From assembly GCA_963843575.1 (NCBI GenBank), contig CAWJKZ010000014.1, forward strand, positions 864,001 through 928,000: a stretch of 64,000 bases of DNA. Reading direction: 5' to 3'. Numbering within the stretch: position 1 is the first letter of the stretch; each line of letters begins with the position of its first letter. The position numbers were made by a program, and so were the translations under genes. The DNA is from an uncultured Acidobacteriota bacterium. GTDB lineage: Bacteria; Acidobacteriota; UBA6911. This document shows positions 12,011-22,356 of this stretch, in pieces. Under the pieces are notes generated by a model, which was not told the origin of the DNA, did no database searches, and was given only the letters and a program-made list of their open reading frames with translations.

Positions 12011-12649
12011 GTGGACAGGATGGAGTTGCTGAGCGAGCAGGACAAGCAGGCAGTGAGCGAGGCGATCAACCGGGCCGAGACCGGCACGTCCGGCGAAATC
12101 GTCTTCGCGCTCACCGACGCCTCGGCCCGCTACCTCGAGGCCAGCTTCCAGGGCGCCCTCGTGTTCATGGCGGCCGCCTGTGCCGTCTACCTGGCGCTTC
12201 CCCTCCAGCACTCCATCAAAGCGCTTCTCTGGACCGAAACGATCGCCTTTGCCTCTTCGTTCGCCGTGCTCGCCTACTGGCCGTGGCGGCGCTGGTTCAT
12301 CCCGAAGCGGGAAATGGCGCGCCGGGTGCACGACGCGGCCATGATGGAATTCTATTCGAGCGGGCTCTATCGCACGCGCGACGCCAACGGCGTCCTGATC
12401 TACCTTTCGCTGCTGGAGCGGCGCGTCGTCGTGCTGGGCGACACCGCGATCAACGAAAAAATGGGCGGCCAGTGGGACCAGGTCTGCGACACGATCGTGC
12501 GCGGCATCCGCGACAGGCAGGCCCGCGCGGGGATCTGCGCGGCCATCGAGATCTGCGGCCGGCGCCTCGCCGAGCACTTTCCCCGCAAGCCCGACGATTC
12601 GAACGAGCTCTCCGACACCGTCATCGACCGCAGACCCCGACGCAGGTAG
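12011..12649 (+). CDS. TPM domain membrane protein
   Basis: AETGTSGEIV, TRDANGVLIY, NELSD; third gene of the usual lemA-TPM-TPM trio. Confidence 0.88.
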   Translation: MDRMELLSEQDKQAVSEAINRAETGTSGEIVFALTDASARYLEASFQGALVFMAAACAVYLALPLQHSIKALLWTETIAFASSFAVLAYWPWRRWFIPKREMARRVHDAAMMEFYSSGLYRTRDANGVLIYLSLLERRVVVLGDTAINEKMGGQWDQVCDTIVRGIRDRQARAGICAAIEICGRRLAEHFPRKPDDSNELSDTVIDRRPRRR

Positions 12650-12726
12650 GCATCGCCAGCGACCAACCCGAAAGGCCACTTTCGTAGGCTGCGCCGGGCC
12701 GACGCGACCCACTTGGTGTAAACTAA

Positions 12727-12966
12727 GAGTTTGCGCAAGAATAAGTTCACATTTTGGCGCGAGCGCCGGGCGGGCAGATGCCAGGCGCCGCGACGCAGGC
12801 GATGTGGGGACATCGTCGAGGTGCGGCAACGCCGCAGATGCCCGCCCGCCGCCGCGCCCCGGAGGGCCGACGGCTCCGCTAAAAGCAATCTCCTATCGTT
12901 GCTTGCTGTAGGATCTGGTGGCTCGGGAGCCGTCAGCAAAATGTGAAGTTATTCTTGCGCGAGCCC
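12727..12966. mobile_element. 240-bp MITE-like element, family B
   Basis: 30-bp terminal inverted repeats (26/30 identical; core GCGCAAGAATAAsTTCACATTTTG), TAA on both flanks (12724-26, 12967-69), no transposase. Confidence 0.8.
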
Positions 12967-12996
12967 TAAGCGGGCGGATACGCTGTGAGGTGACCA

Positions 12997-14031
12997 ATGG
13001 CACTAACGCTCTCTACCTGCGCCAGGCGCGTTCTCCTGGTTTCGACAACCCTGTTTCTGCTCGCGGACCCGGTGGCCGCGGCGCAGACTCGGCCCAAGGC
13101 GCGAAAACAGATCGCACCGTGGCTTGTGTTGAGGGAGGAAAAGGGATTCGACCGCATACGTCAGAACGCGGACATCCTGAGCTCCTTGAGCGTCTTCGGC
13201 GACGCGCCGCGCGAGTTCATCGACCGCTGCCACGGTCTGAACATCGAGGTCTACTGGGGCGTATCGGGCAATGCGTCGGCGTTCGACACGCCGGCCCGTG
13301 CCCAGGCGACGCTCGAAAAATACGTCGAAGCCTGCCGCTCCAGAGGCTACGACGGCATCGACCTCGACTTCGAGCACCTGGACCCGGCGGTCCAGGACGG
13401 GTATTCCGATTTCCTGCGCCTCGTTTCCTCGACCTTGCACCGGCTCTCCAAGAAGCTGAGTCACTGCGTCGGTTTTTACCCTGGTATGGAACTGACTCCG
13501 CCGCGCAAGATCTTCTATGACCCGAAAGTTGTCGCCGAAACCTGCGACATGATCCGGGTGATGTGCTACGACATGTACTGGGCGCCCGGGAGGGGCGACC
13601 CCAAGATGGCAGACCGGCCGGACACCCAGGGGATCGGGCCCACCTCCAGCTATCCCTGGGCCCGGGAGGCCATGCGCTTCTGGGTGCGGCAGGCGCCGCG
13701 CGAAAAGCTGATCATGGGCCTGCCGGCGTACTCCAACGATTACGACCTGTCGCCCAAGGGCAAGGGCAAGCAGGTCTACGGGCCGGTGCCGCCCGTGGCC
13801 GCACCGGTCCAACTGGAGAAGGCCTGGCAGTGGTACGAACGGCTGCCGGTGTCGGTGTACACCGATCCGACAGGCGCCCGGCACATCTTCTACGGCAGCG
13901 ACGCGGAAAGCACCAAGGTCCATCTCGAGACGGTCGACGAACTGGATCTGCCCGGGATAGGGTTCTGGCATTTCAGCAGCGTCGACGACCCGACCTGGGC
14001 AGCCGTGCGGGCGTGGCTCTCTAAGCAGTGA
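12997..14031 (+). CDS. Glycoside hydrolase family 18, secreted
   Basis: Catalytic DGIDLDFE (DxxDxDxE), VMCYD, KLIMGLPAY, GIGFW; signal peptide. Confidence 0.88.
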   Translation: MALTLSTCARRVLLVSTTLFLLADPVAAAQTRPKARKQIAPWLVLREEKGFDRIRQNADILSSLSVFGDAPREFIDRCHGLNIEVYWGVSGNASAFDTPARAQATLEKYVEACRSRGYDGIDLDFEHLDPAVQDGYSDFLRLVSSTLHRLSKKLSHCVGFYPGMELTPPRKIFYDPKVVAETCDMIRVMCYDMYWAPGRGDPKMADRPDTQGIGPTSSYPWAREAMRFWVRQAPREKLIMGLPAYSNDYDLSPKGKGKQVYGPVPPVAAPVQLEKAWQWYERLPVSVYTDPTGARHIFYGSDAESTKVHLETVDELDLPGIGFWHFSSVDDPTWAAVRAWLSKQ

Positions 14032-15003
14032 CCGCCGCATCGATGCCGGGCCGATCGCTGGAGATCGTCGCGACCGTCGGACCCGCAAGCCACGGGCTGG
14101 TCGTCGAGCTGCACGACGCGGGCGCGACGTCGTTTCGGCTGAACGCCTCACACATGGCCCCGCGCGCCCTCGCGCGCCTCGCCACCCGCTGCCGGCGCGC
14201 CGCCCCCGGCGTCACGCTCGCGGTAGACCTCCAGGGCGCCAAGATGCGCCTCGGGGCGTTCAAGCCGGTCCGCCTCGCCGAAGGCGACCGGGTCCGCTTT
14301 TCCCTCGCCGCCGCGCACCGGGCGCTCCGGCTCCCGCACCCCGAGTTGTTCGGGGCCGCGGAGCCCGGCTGCACCCTGAGTTGCGACGACGATCGCTTGC
14401 GGTTTCGCGTGCTCCGGAACTCGGCCGGCGTGCTGGAATGCTTCGACCCTGACCGCGGGGATGCTCCTGCCCAGGAAAGGGGTCAACGTTCTCGAACACC
14501 CGGTGAAGCTCCAGGCGCTGTCCGGAGCCGACGCGGCGGCGATCGACGGGACGTCCCACCTGGGCCGCGTCGCGTACGCGTTCTCGTTCATGGAGGACGG
14601 TCGCGAGGCTGGCTGGGTGCGGGAGCGCGCCCCGGGTTGCGCGGTGATCGGCAAGATCGAGCGCCGAGAAGCTGCCGCGCGGGTGCGCACCATCTCCGCC
14701 GCCGTCGACGCGCTCTGGATCTGCCGCGGCGACCTCGGCGCGCAGCTCGGCGTCGCCGGGATGGCGCGCTGGATTTCGGAATACACCCCGGGCACCGACC
14801 ACGGCCCCGTACTCATGGCGGGGCAGGTCCTCGAACACATGACCGAACACCCGATCCCCACCCGCTCGGAGGTGTGCCACCTGCTCGACCTTTGCCGCAG
14901 AGGGTACGGAGGCTTCGTGCTTTCCGACGAGACCGCCATCGGACGGGACCCTGTCCGGGCGGTCGGGACCCTGCACGAGCTGCTCGCCGCCTTTTCCCGG
15001 TAG
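14028..15003 (+). CDS. Pyruvate-kinase-like protein, barrel domains only (frameshift near 14450)
   Basis: IVATVGPAS, FRLNASH, DLQGAKMR, GKIE, RGDLG, PTRSEV, LSDETAIG; stops before the regulatory C domain. Confidence 0.78.
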
Positions 15004-15030
15004 CCGCCGCTTCCGCACCGCCGCCGACGG

Positions 15031-15706
15031 TCAGGGCAGCGCCTTCAGCCTGATGTTGCGGTACTCGACGCGGTAACCTTCCGCTTCGAGGCCGAAGAAG
15101 CCGCGGCGCACCTCGCACTTCATCTCGCTGGCGCTCCCGCCGTTCACCCAGAGGCTGACCTGATCGCCGACGGCGCTCAACTCGTAGGTGTTCCACTCTC
15201 CCGCCGGTTTGATCCGGTTCTCGGGCATCTTGTCGCGAGTGTTGACACGCTGGATGACGCCGTTGACGAGTGTGTCTGCGAAGAGATACCCGCCACCGGC
15301 GGTGGCCTGCGCCTGGTGCCATATCGAGCCGTCCGGGCTGGTGCGGACGAATACGCCGGCGTTGTACCGCGGGCTGCCCCTCGACGACCGGGAAGCGCCA
15401 CTCGACGCGCGCGACGAAATCGGACAGATCCTGGCCCCACCGGAGCCACTCGTGGCCGACCCTGTCGCCGTCGCAGATGACGGTCGTGCCGGAAGCGTCG
15501 AGGTGCCAGGGGGACGGGTCCGTCATTTGTCCCGGTCTGAGGGCCCCGGCCGCGCCCAGCGGGCCTCGGACCCACTCTTTCAAGCTCTTGTCGGCAAGCA
15601 GGTCCTGCCACCCGGCCGGATCCGAGTCCAGGGCGCCGCGCGATTGCGACTGCAGCGCGGGCAGCAGAAGAAGAATGAATACGACGGCGGCGAGCAGAAA
15701 ACGCAT
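15031..15706 (-). CDS. DUF1080 (3-keto-disaccharide hydrolase-like) secreted protein (frameshift near 15370)
   Basis: Signal peptide, GWQDLL, DFVARVEW, KPAGEWNTYE, GFFGLEAEG..VEYRNIRLK. Confidence 0.82.
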
Positions 15707-15962
15707 GTAACCCTCCATGTCTTGAGTGGAAAAACGTTCGGCCCCGACCGCGGGATCGCCCGAAGCAGGAGAACGGAATCACGTCACAGAACCCTATCGT
15801 CGCCGCACCCGCGTGGGAATTGCAACTCCAGTTTGCACCGTCGGGACGCCTCGTCGGGCCAGGGGCGAGGCCCCGGCTGCCCGAACCCTCAGGGCAGGGT
15901 CACCTTTTTCTGGTGCCAAAACAGGGCATCGCGGGTAAGTTATGGGGCCAAGGAGGTGGCTC

Positions 15963-16852
15963 ATGGCTTTCTGCACGAAATGCGGTGCGGCAATTAGCGG
16001 TGATTTTTGCACGAGCTGCGGCGCGCGGGTCGGGACGCCGCCCCAGCCTGACAGGCCGATACCCCCTCCGGTGTATCAGCCGCCGGCCCGCCCCGTCCAG
16101 TCCGCCGGACAGCCCGTGCCGGCGAAAAAGAAGATAAGTCCGGTGCTTTGGATTGTCGGTGGCTGCTTCGGCCTGCTCGTCATCGCCGCGGTGATCGCGG
16201 TATTCACGGGCTTTTTCGTGGCCAACAAGGTCAGACAGGCCGGGCTGGACCCGGCCCTGATCGAGAAGAACCCCGGGCTGGCAGTGGCCAAAATGATGGT
16301 CAGTGCGAACCCGGACCTCGAGATGGTTTCGGTGGATGAGAACCGGGGGATCATCCGCGTCCGGGAGAAAAAGACCGGCAAGACCATGACGGTCAACCTC
16401 GAGGCCGCCAAGGAAGGCAAGATCGAATTCCAGGACGAAAACGGCGAGAAGATCGAGCTGCAGGCGACCGGCGGAGGCGATTCCGGCTCGCTCACCGTCA
16501 AGACCCAGAAGGGGACCATGCAGCTCGGGACGGGCCTGAAGCTCCCGGACTGGCTGCCCTCCTACGCGGGGGCACAGCAGATCGCTTCCATGGGCATCAC
16601 CGACCGAAAGTACCGAAGGGGGGAACGGCGAATTTCAGGACGGGAGACGGCCCGGACCGGGTGATCACGTTCTATGAAAACGCCCTGACCGGGACCGGGT
16701 TCGCCGTGGAGAAGACGACGTTGAACGCTCCCGGCCAGCCTGCCGTCATCTTCCTGACCGCGAAGGACAAGAGCTCGAACAGAAGCGTTCAGGTGACGGC
16801 AACAGCGCAGCCGGAGGGAACGGTCGTCGGCGTCGTGTACGAAAACAAATAG
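15963..16852 (+). CDS. Zinc-ribbon, Pro-rich, single-TM hypothetical protein (frameshift near 16610-16660)
   Basis: MAFCTKCG..FCTSCG, Pro-rich linker, TM helix; SD AAGGAGG. Confidence 0.75.
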
Positions 16853-16942
16853 CGTGAAGGCTCGGCCTTCTGTTGAACTGATTACCAGGAGAAATGAGGG
16901 CCGGCTCCGGATCTCCATATTCCACTGCACCGGGAGGAATCG

Positions 16943-18004
16943 ATGCGAAGGGAAACAGCAATTGCAGGCTCCCTGATTTTGTTTGCCGCACTCACGTCCG
17001 CATGCAGCAAGCCGCCCGAGCATCCGGCGGGACCCGCAGCGATCGATAAAGCCAAGCTCGAATTGTTCGCGCCGCTGCCGAACGTGGTAGCGTCGGACGC
17101 AAATCCCATCACCGAGGAAAAGATCGCCCTCGGCCGAATGCTCTTCTACGAACCGAGGCTCTCGAAGAACCAGACGATCGCGTGCAACACCTGCCACAAG
17201 CTCGACAAGTACGGCGTCGACGGGGAGGTGACCTCGGACGGGCACAAGGGGCAGAAGGGGACGCGCAACTCGCCGACGGTCTACAACGCTGCCGGCCACG
17301 TGGCCCAGTTCTGGGACGGCCGGGCGGCCACGGTTGAGGAGCAGTCCAAAGGGCCGGTGATGAACCCTGTCGAAATGGCGATGGGATCAGAGAAGGACGT
17401 CATGGCCGTCCTCAAGTCCATGCCGGAATACGTGGACGCTTTCAAACGGGCCTTCCCGGACGAGAAGGAAGCCATCACCTACGACAACATGGCAAAGGCG
17501 ATCGGGGCATTCGAACGCAAGCTCGTGACCCATTCGAGATGGGATAAGTTCGTTGCGGGCGACGACAGCGCGCTCACTCCCGACGAGAAGGCCGGGTTCT
17601 CGGCCTATGTCGATGCCGGGTGCCCGACCTGCCACATCGGGCCCTATGTCGGAGGCAACCTTTACCAGCGCCTGGGCGTTGCGCGCCCCTGGCCGGACGC
17701 CACCGATCCCGGCCGGGAGAAGGTCACCAAGAGCAGTGCGGACCACATGGTCTTCAAGGTCCCTTCGCTGCGGAACATCGACAAGACCGGCCCGTATTTC
17801 CACGACGGCAAGATCGCCAGTCTGGACGACGCCGTTTCCAAGATGGGCGAATACCAGGTTGGGAAGAAGCTGTCGGACACGCAGGTAAAATCGATCGTGA
17901 CGTGGCTCAAGACCCTGACCGGCGACCTGCCGACCGACTATATCAAGGAGCCGGTCCTGCCCAAGAGCACGCCCAAGACGCCCAAACCGGTCGCGGGCGA
18001 CTAG
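16943..18004 (+). CDS. Di-heme cytochrome c peroxidase (CCP/MauG family), lipoprotein
   Basis: Lipobox TSAC, CNTCH and CPTCH heme motifs, RNSPTVYN, QFWDGRA, FKVPSLRNI, PYFHDG. Confidence 0.93.
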   Translation: MRRETAIAGSLILFAALTSACSKPPEHPAGPAAIDKAKLELFAPLPNVVASDANPITEEKIALGRMLFYEPRLSKNQTIACNTCHKLDKYGVDGEVTSDGHKGQKGTRNSPTVYNAAGHVAQFWDGRAATVEEQSKGPVMNPVEMAMGSEKDVMAVLKSMPEYVDAFKRAFPDEKEAITYDNMAKAIGAFERKLVTHSRWDKFVAGDDSALTPDEKAGFSAYVDAGCPTCHIGPYVGGNLYQRLGVARPWPDATDPGREKVTKSSADHMVFKVPSLRNIDKTGPYFHDGKIASLDDAVSKMGEYQVGKKLSDTQVKSIVTWLKTLTGDLPTDYIKEPVLPKSTPKTPKPVAGD

Positions 18005-18087
18005 CCTCACGACAACGGGCCGAGGCGGCGCCGGTCCCCCGCGGCCGGCGCCCTGTGCTCCAAAGCGCTTGTGGGGAGTGGCTGGGC

Positions 18088-18531
18088 ATGCGAAAAGTGA
18101 TCAAATACGGAATTGCCGTTGTCGCCGTGTTGCTCGTGGTCATCCAGTTTTTCCAGCCCGAACGGACCAACCCGCCCGTCAACCCGGCCTCGACCTTCGA
18201 GGCCGTTGCGAAGCCGGGTCCCGGGCTGGCGGGCGTCGTCAACCGTGCCTGCCGCGACTGCCACTCCAACGAAACGACCTGGCCCTGGTACAGCAAGATC
18301 GCACCCGTATCCTGGCTCGTGGCCGACGACGTCAAGGAAGCCCGTGCCCACCTGAATTTTTCCGAGTGGGGATACTACAGCCCGGAGATGTCCAGGCTGA
18401 AGCTGAAGGAGGCCTGCACGGAGGTCAAGGGGGGCGACATGCCCCTGTGGATTTACCGGCTCGTGCACGCCCAGGCCAGGCTCACCGACGCCGACGTGCA
18501 GGCGATCTGCAGCGCCGGCACGGCGCCCTGA
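18088..18531 (+). CDS. Haem-binding domain (Haem_bd) mono-heme protein
   Basis: ACRDCHSNETTWPWYS..AP.SWL..LNFSEW..MP pattern with N-terminal anchor. Confidence 0.88.
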   Translation: MRKVIKYGIAVVAVLLVVIQFFQPERTNPPVNPASTFEAVAKPGPGLAGVVNRACRDCHSNETTWPWYSKIAPVSWLVADDVKEARAHLNFSEWGYYSPEMSRLKLKEACTEVKGGDMPLWIYRLVHAQARLTDADVQAICSAGTAP

Positions 18532-18536
18532 CGACT

Positions 18537-20057
18537 TCAGGGTTTCGGATCGAGGCCGCTGGTGACTTCCCGGAAACCGAGTTGGGCGGGGGGAATCAGG
18601 CGCGACGCGGTTCGCACGGCTTCGAGGTTCCAGGTGAGGCGGCTGTTGCCGCCGATCGTCAGCTTCGGGACTCCCCAGGACAAAGGCCCGGCGCCCCCTG
18701 AGACGGAGGCCAGCAGCACGGCACCCGATATCGACAGATCCGCCGCCGCCAGCTCGATCTCCCCGTTCCCCACGACCAGGATGACGCCGCTGAAACTGAA
18801 GCGGCCCGTCACGCGCAACCGACCGGTGACAATCAGCAACCCACCCCCGGAGACGCTGCCCCCCACCGCGAGATCCCCCTCCACCAGGGTCGCCATCGGC
18901 CGCTGGCCGGGTGCGTTAAAGGGCAATGCCGGATCGTAGGCTCCCAGTTCCGGGCTCACGGGACCATCCCAGGTCTGGCTCTCCGGGAACACGTTGTCGG
19001 CGAACTGCGGTGCGATCCGGTCGACGAATTTCCGCAAGTAGTCCCTGTCGAGCAGCAACGCCTTGTCGCTGCCGACGACGGCTGCCCGCGCCGTGATGTC
19101 CCCAATCGACGGGGGTGAGCCCGCCCCGGCAACGTTGCCCGCCCGATCCGCTGGGAGTTGCGCCGCGATCTGCAGCGCCGGCGAGGTGCCGTTGCCCGCA
19201 TCGGTGTCGATCACGGCGATCCCGAACCCGGCCGGATCTCCCTGGATGAAAAACCCCTCCCCCTCGAAAACCGCGCCATCGGCCGGCAGGACCGCGTCTC
19301 CCACCACCACCAGGGGCGCGTCCGGTTCGAAGGTTGAGCGGCGCTTGAACCTGGACTCGAAGACGGCGACGGCATTGCGCCTCAGCACCGCCCCCGTCAT
19401 CTCATGCACCGTGGTCGCGAGCCCCATCGAGCGGACAACCACGACGCCGTCGCCGTCGTGGAACGGGCTGTCCGAGGCGTCTTCCTCCATCTCGGTCGAC
19501 TCGCCGTTGTTGTCGGCCACCTTCACGAAGTAGCGCGCGCAGACGACCTCCCGCCCGCGGTCGTCCGGGCAGGTGCGGGGAACTCCGGTCTGGGGAATCA
19601 GCACGGTGCCGCCGGCGCCGCCGTACGCCCCCGTGTTGATCAGCCCGTCGTCCGGGCGCCCGCTGGCGTCGGCCGACGGATCCACGCAGTCCACGAAACG
19701 CGCGAGGCCCCACTCGAAAGGATTACGAAACTCGAATGTGCGGGCCGAAGCAGCATATTCGGGCGTGGTCGCATACGTTCCGTCCGGCCCCCTCAGCAGA
19801 TCGTCGAAATCGACGCCACGCAGGAGCGCCCGGGCGTGGCCGGCGCCCGAAAGCGCGGCGTAGCGCGCCTGGATCAGGGCCTCGTAGTTGTCGCCTATGC
19901 GCACTTCGGTGACGGCGCCGAGCGAGAAATAGAGCCCGATCAGGGAGAATAGGGCCAACGCGATCAGGGCGGAGACCAGGGCGATTCCCGCATCGCCTGC
20001 CAGCCGTCCGCTTCGGTCAACGCCGCCCCCCTCCCTTCGAATCCCAGCGCCTCTCAT
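18537..20057 (-). CDS. PilX-like N-terminal domain protein (minor pilin-like)
   Basis: AG|IALVSALIALALFSLIG prepilin-like helix, ARYAALSG, and a Gly-rich GGGLLIVTG beta-repeat C-terminus. Confidence 0.65.
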   Translation of the reverse strand: MRGAGIRREGGGVDRSGRLAGDAGIALVSALIALALFSLIGLYFSLGAVTEVRIGDNYEALIQARYAALSGAGHARALLRGVDFDDLLRGPDGTYATTPEYAASARTFEFRNPFEWGLARFVDCVDPSADASGRPDDGLINTGAYGGAGGTVLIPQTGVPRTCPDDRGREVVCARYFVKVADNNGESTEMEEDASDSPFHDGDGVVVVRSMGLATTVHEMTGAVLRRNAVAVFESRFKRRSTFEPDAPLVVVGDAVLPADGAVFEGEGFFIQGDPAGFGIAVIDTDAGNGTSPALQIAAQLPADRAGNVAGAGSPPSIGDITARAAVVGSDKALLLDRDYLRKFVDRIAPQFADNVFPESQTWDGPVSPELGAYDPALPFNAPGQRPMATLVEGDLAVGGSVSGGGLLIVTGRLRVTGRFSFSGVILVVGNGEIELAAADLSISGAVLLASVSGGAGPLSWGVPKLTIGGNSRLTWNLEAVRTASRLIPPAQLGFREVTSGLDPKP

Positions 20058-20287
20058 GGCAGCCCTCCGGAGCGATCACCGTTCACTTCACTGTTTCGGA
20101 AGCCACCGAAATATCTCGGGAGGTGTGTGGATTTTCCGGCAGATCCCCAAGTGGGCCGCGTCGGCTCGACGCGGCCCTGCCGGGGGGGGGCGGTGACCGA
20201 CGGGTTGCCCGGGCGGGAGGATCCGGGGCGGACAGTGTCAACGGGTACGCCGGCGGGAGAAGACCGTACCGGAGGATTGGCCGGGCA

Positions 20288-21283
20288 TCATCGGGGCCGG
20301 GCGGACTCCGCCCACCGCGCGGCAGGCTCCTGCAGGGCCCAGTCCGTGTGCGGTCTGCGGTTGAGCATCAGGAAACCGTGCAGCAATTCCGCGTAGGATC
20401 GGGGACGCATCCCCTTCTTCTGAAAATACGGATCGAGCAGGCGGCGCAACCGGGGCAGGTTGTAGAAAGGCACCCCGGGATAATAGTGATGCTCCAGGTG
20501 GTAGTTGGACCACAGGTAGATGAATCCCCAGACGCGACTCGGCTTCATCAGCGTGCTCCACTGTGCCGGGTCGGCCGGGTTGATGTCGTAGTGCTGCCCC
20601 AGCCGGTTCAAGGCAAAGGCCACGGGGAACACCAGGAATACCGGGACAAGATACACGCGGGCGAGCAAGGCTCCCCCGGCGGCCAGCCACACCGACGCGA
20701 CCAGGACCACGTGGAACAGGATCACGACGGCGCGCTCGACCGCGATCTGCCTGCGAAGCGGGGCCGGGTAGGACGCGGCCGCCCGCGCCGCCGCGCGGAA
20801 GTAAATCGGGAACAGCGCGGGCGTGAAGTAGAGAGCCTTAAACCAGGGCTTGTTCCGCTTCGGCGAGAGGTAGTGGCGTTTGGGATCGTCTTCGGACCCG
20901 AGCTGCGCGTGATGATCCAGGTGCCAGCGCGTGAACTGCGCCGCCGAGATGCCGCTCGGAATCGAGTAGAGCAAGGCGAGTGCCCGGGAGAGCCCGGGGC
21001 GGTTTCTCCGGAAGACCAGGCCGTGAAGCACCTCGTGCAGCAGCACCGTGCAGTTGAAAACGGTCAGCCCGACCACGGCGGCGCAGGGGAGCCAGAGCCA
21101 GGAGTCCCTGAACCAGACCACACCCGCGGTCGCCAGGCCCCCGACGCCAAAGTGTCGTGCCGCGACGAGGAAATGGCGGTCAGGGCGCCGCCGGTGCAAC
21201 TGGCGCAGCGCATCGCGGTCGAACGTCCCCGCGAGCTCCCGCATCAGGGCCCGGGTGTGTGTTGAATAATAGCCGTTTGCCAA
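20288..21283 (-). CDS. Membrane fatty acid desaturase family protein
   Basis: Three His boxes: HEVLH, HLDHH, HLEHH. Confidence 0.88.
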   Translation of the reverse strand: MANGYYSTHTRALMRELAGTFDRDALRQLHRRRPDRHFLVAARHFGVGGLATAGVVWFRDSWLWLPCAAVVGLTVFNCTVLLHEVLHGLVFRRNRPGLSRALALLYSIPSGISAAQFTRWHLDHHAQLGSEDDPKRHYLSPKRNKPWFKALYFTPALFPIYFRAAARAAASYPAPLRRQIAVERAVVILFHVVLVASVWLAAGGALLARVYLVPVFLVFPVAFALNRLGQHYDINPADPAQWSTLMKPSRVWGFIYLWSNYHLEHHYYPGVPFYNLPRLRRLLDPYFQKKGMRPRSYAELLHGFLMLNRRPHTDWALQEPAARWAESARPR

Positions 21284-21342
21284 TCGTGTTCTCTGCCCGA
21301 GAGGGGTATCTCCGGAAATTCTATCACACGCCCGAACGGGGG

Positions 21343-22080
21343 CTAGCGCGCCTGATTGCCGGAGAACACGAGGGTGCCGAAGCTGGCCGGCACGTGGAAG
21401 TCCTCACGCAGGGTGGGCGACCACGCCAGGTCGACAGGCTCGGGGAGCTTTTCCACACGGTAGAGATTCAAGCGCCACTGATCCCCCGCCTTGGGCGGGA
21501 TGTTGGCGGCGGGCACGACGTCTTCGAGGGGCAACGCTATTTCGCAGGTCCATTCCCGGTCCCCCGGCTTGCCGTCGACGCTTCCGTCCACGCGCACCGC
21601 CCACGCGATCTTCTCGCTGTTCCAGCTCTTGTACGGGATGGCCTTGCGCGTATCGAGCAGGTATATGTCGATCAAGGTGCCGAGAGGGTTGACCTCCAGC
21701 TCGATATAACCCGTATTGTTCGCGGCAGGCTTCAGGAAGACTTCGACCACCTCCTCTTCCCACAGGTGCTGGTCGCGCTCTCTCATCGTCGACCAGATGT
21801 TGGTGTCCACGCAGCGGAAACCGAAATAGAGGAAGCGGTCGTCGTAGAGAATCTTCGCCTGGGTCGGAAGGGGCGACGGCCTGCCGTCCAGGTTCCGGAC
21901 GAAGGCGATCGGGGCGACGGCGGCCCAGACGGGCTCGTCCAGCACTCCGTCGACCACGATCGGCACCGCGGTGCGATCCGCGGTGAAAACGGGGAGCTCC
22001 GCGGAAGGACTCGTGCGCCCTCCAAGGCCAACGACCACCGCAAACAGCACGACAGCACAACCCGCCTTCAGAGGGATCAT
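21343..22080 (-). CDS. CBM9-like carbohydrate-binding protein
   Basis: IVVDGVLDEPVW, LWEEEVVEVF, YIELEVNPLG, WRLNLYR, WSPT..FH; signal peptide. Confidence 0.82.
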   Translation of the reverse strand: MIPLKAGCAVVLFAVVVGLGGRTSPSAELPVFTADRTAVPIVVDGVLDEPVWAAVAPIAFVRNLDGRPSPLPTQAKILYDDRFLYFGFRCVDTNIWSTMRERDQHLWEEEVVEVFLKPAANNTGYIELEVNPLGTLIDIYLLDTRKAIPYKSWNSEKIAWAVRVDGSVDGKPGDREWTCEIALPLEDVVPAANIPPKAGDQWRLNLYRVEKLPEPVDLAWSPTLREDFHVPASFGTLVFSGNQAR

Positions 22081-22356
22081 GGTCCACCTGCCGGTTTTAA
22101 ATGTCGTCGATATTCCCGCCCACACAAGCGACCGGAGCACACAATACTCTATAGCAGCTTTGGGCCGCCGATCCAATCCTTTGAGCTGATCGGCACGAAA
22201 CGGCAACCTCGGCAATGGTGCTTTTCAACCACAGCGTCACGCACTACAATGTGCCGGGCACGGGCGAACGCCGTCGATCCCGTTGGGTGATGGGGGGTTC
22301 CTCCTGTCCGGCCTCAAGCTCCGGCACTGTTCCAGAACATGGAGATTATGCGGATA

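Noticed and set aside
3486-16852. Many split genes read as pseudogenes or programmed frameshifts
   Set aside because: Single-base indels in GC-rich runs without in-frame stops, including essential murB. They are clustered by region (none seen at ~17-34.8 kb or 40.9-50.1 kb), which fits uneven long-read polishing. Read mapping would settle it.
22191-22210. GGCACG-containing sigma54-like motifs here and near 56184 and 56517
   Set aside because: GG-to-GC spacing is off by 1-2 nt or the GC is missing.
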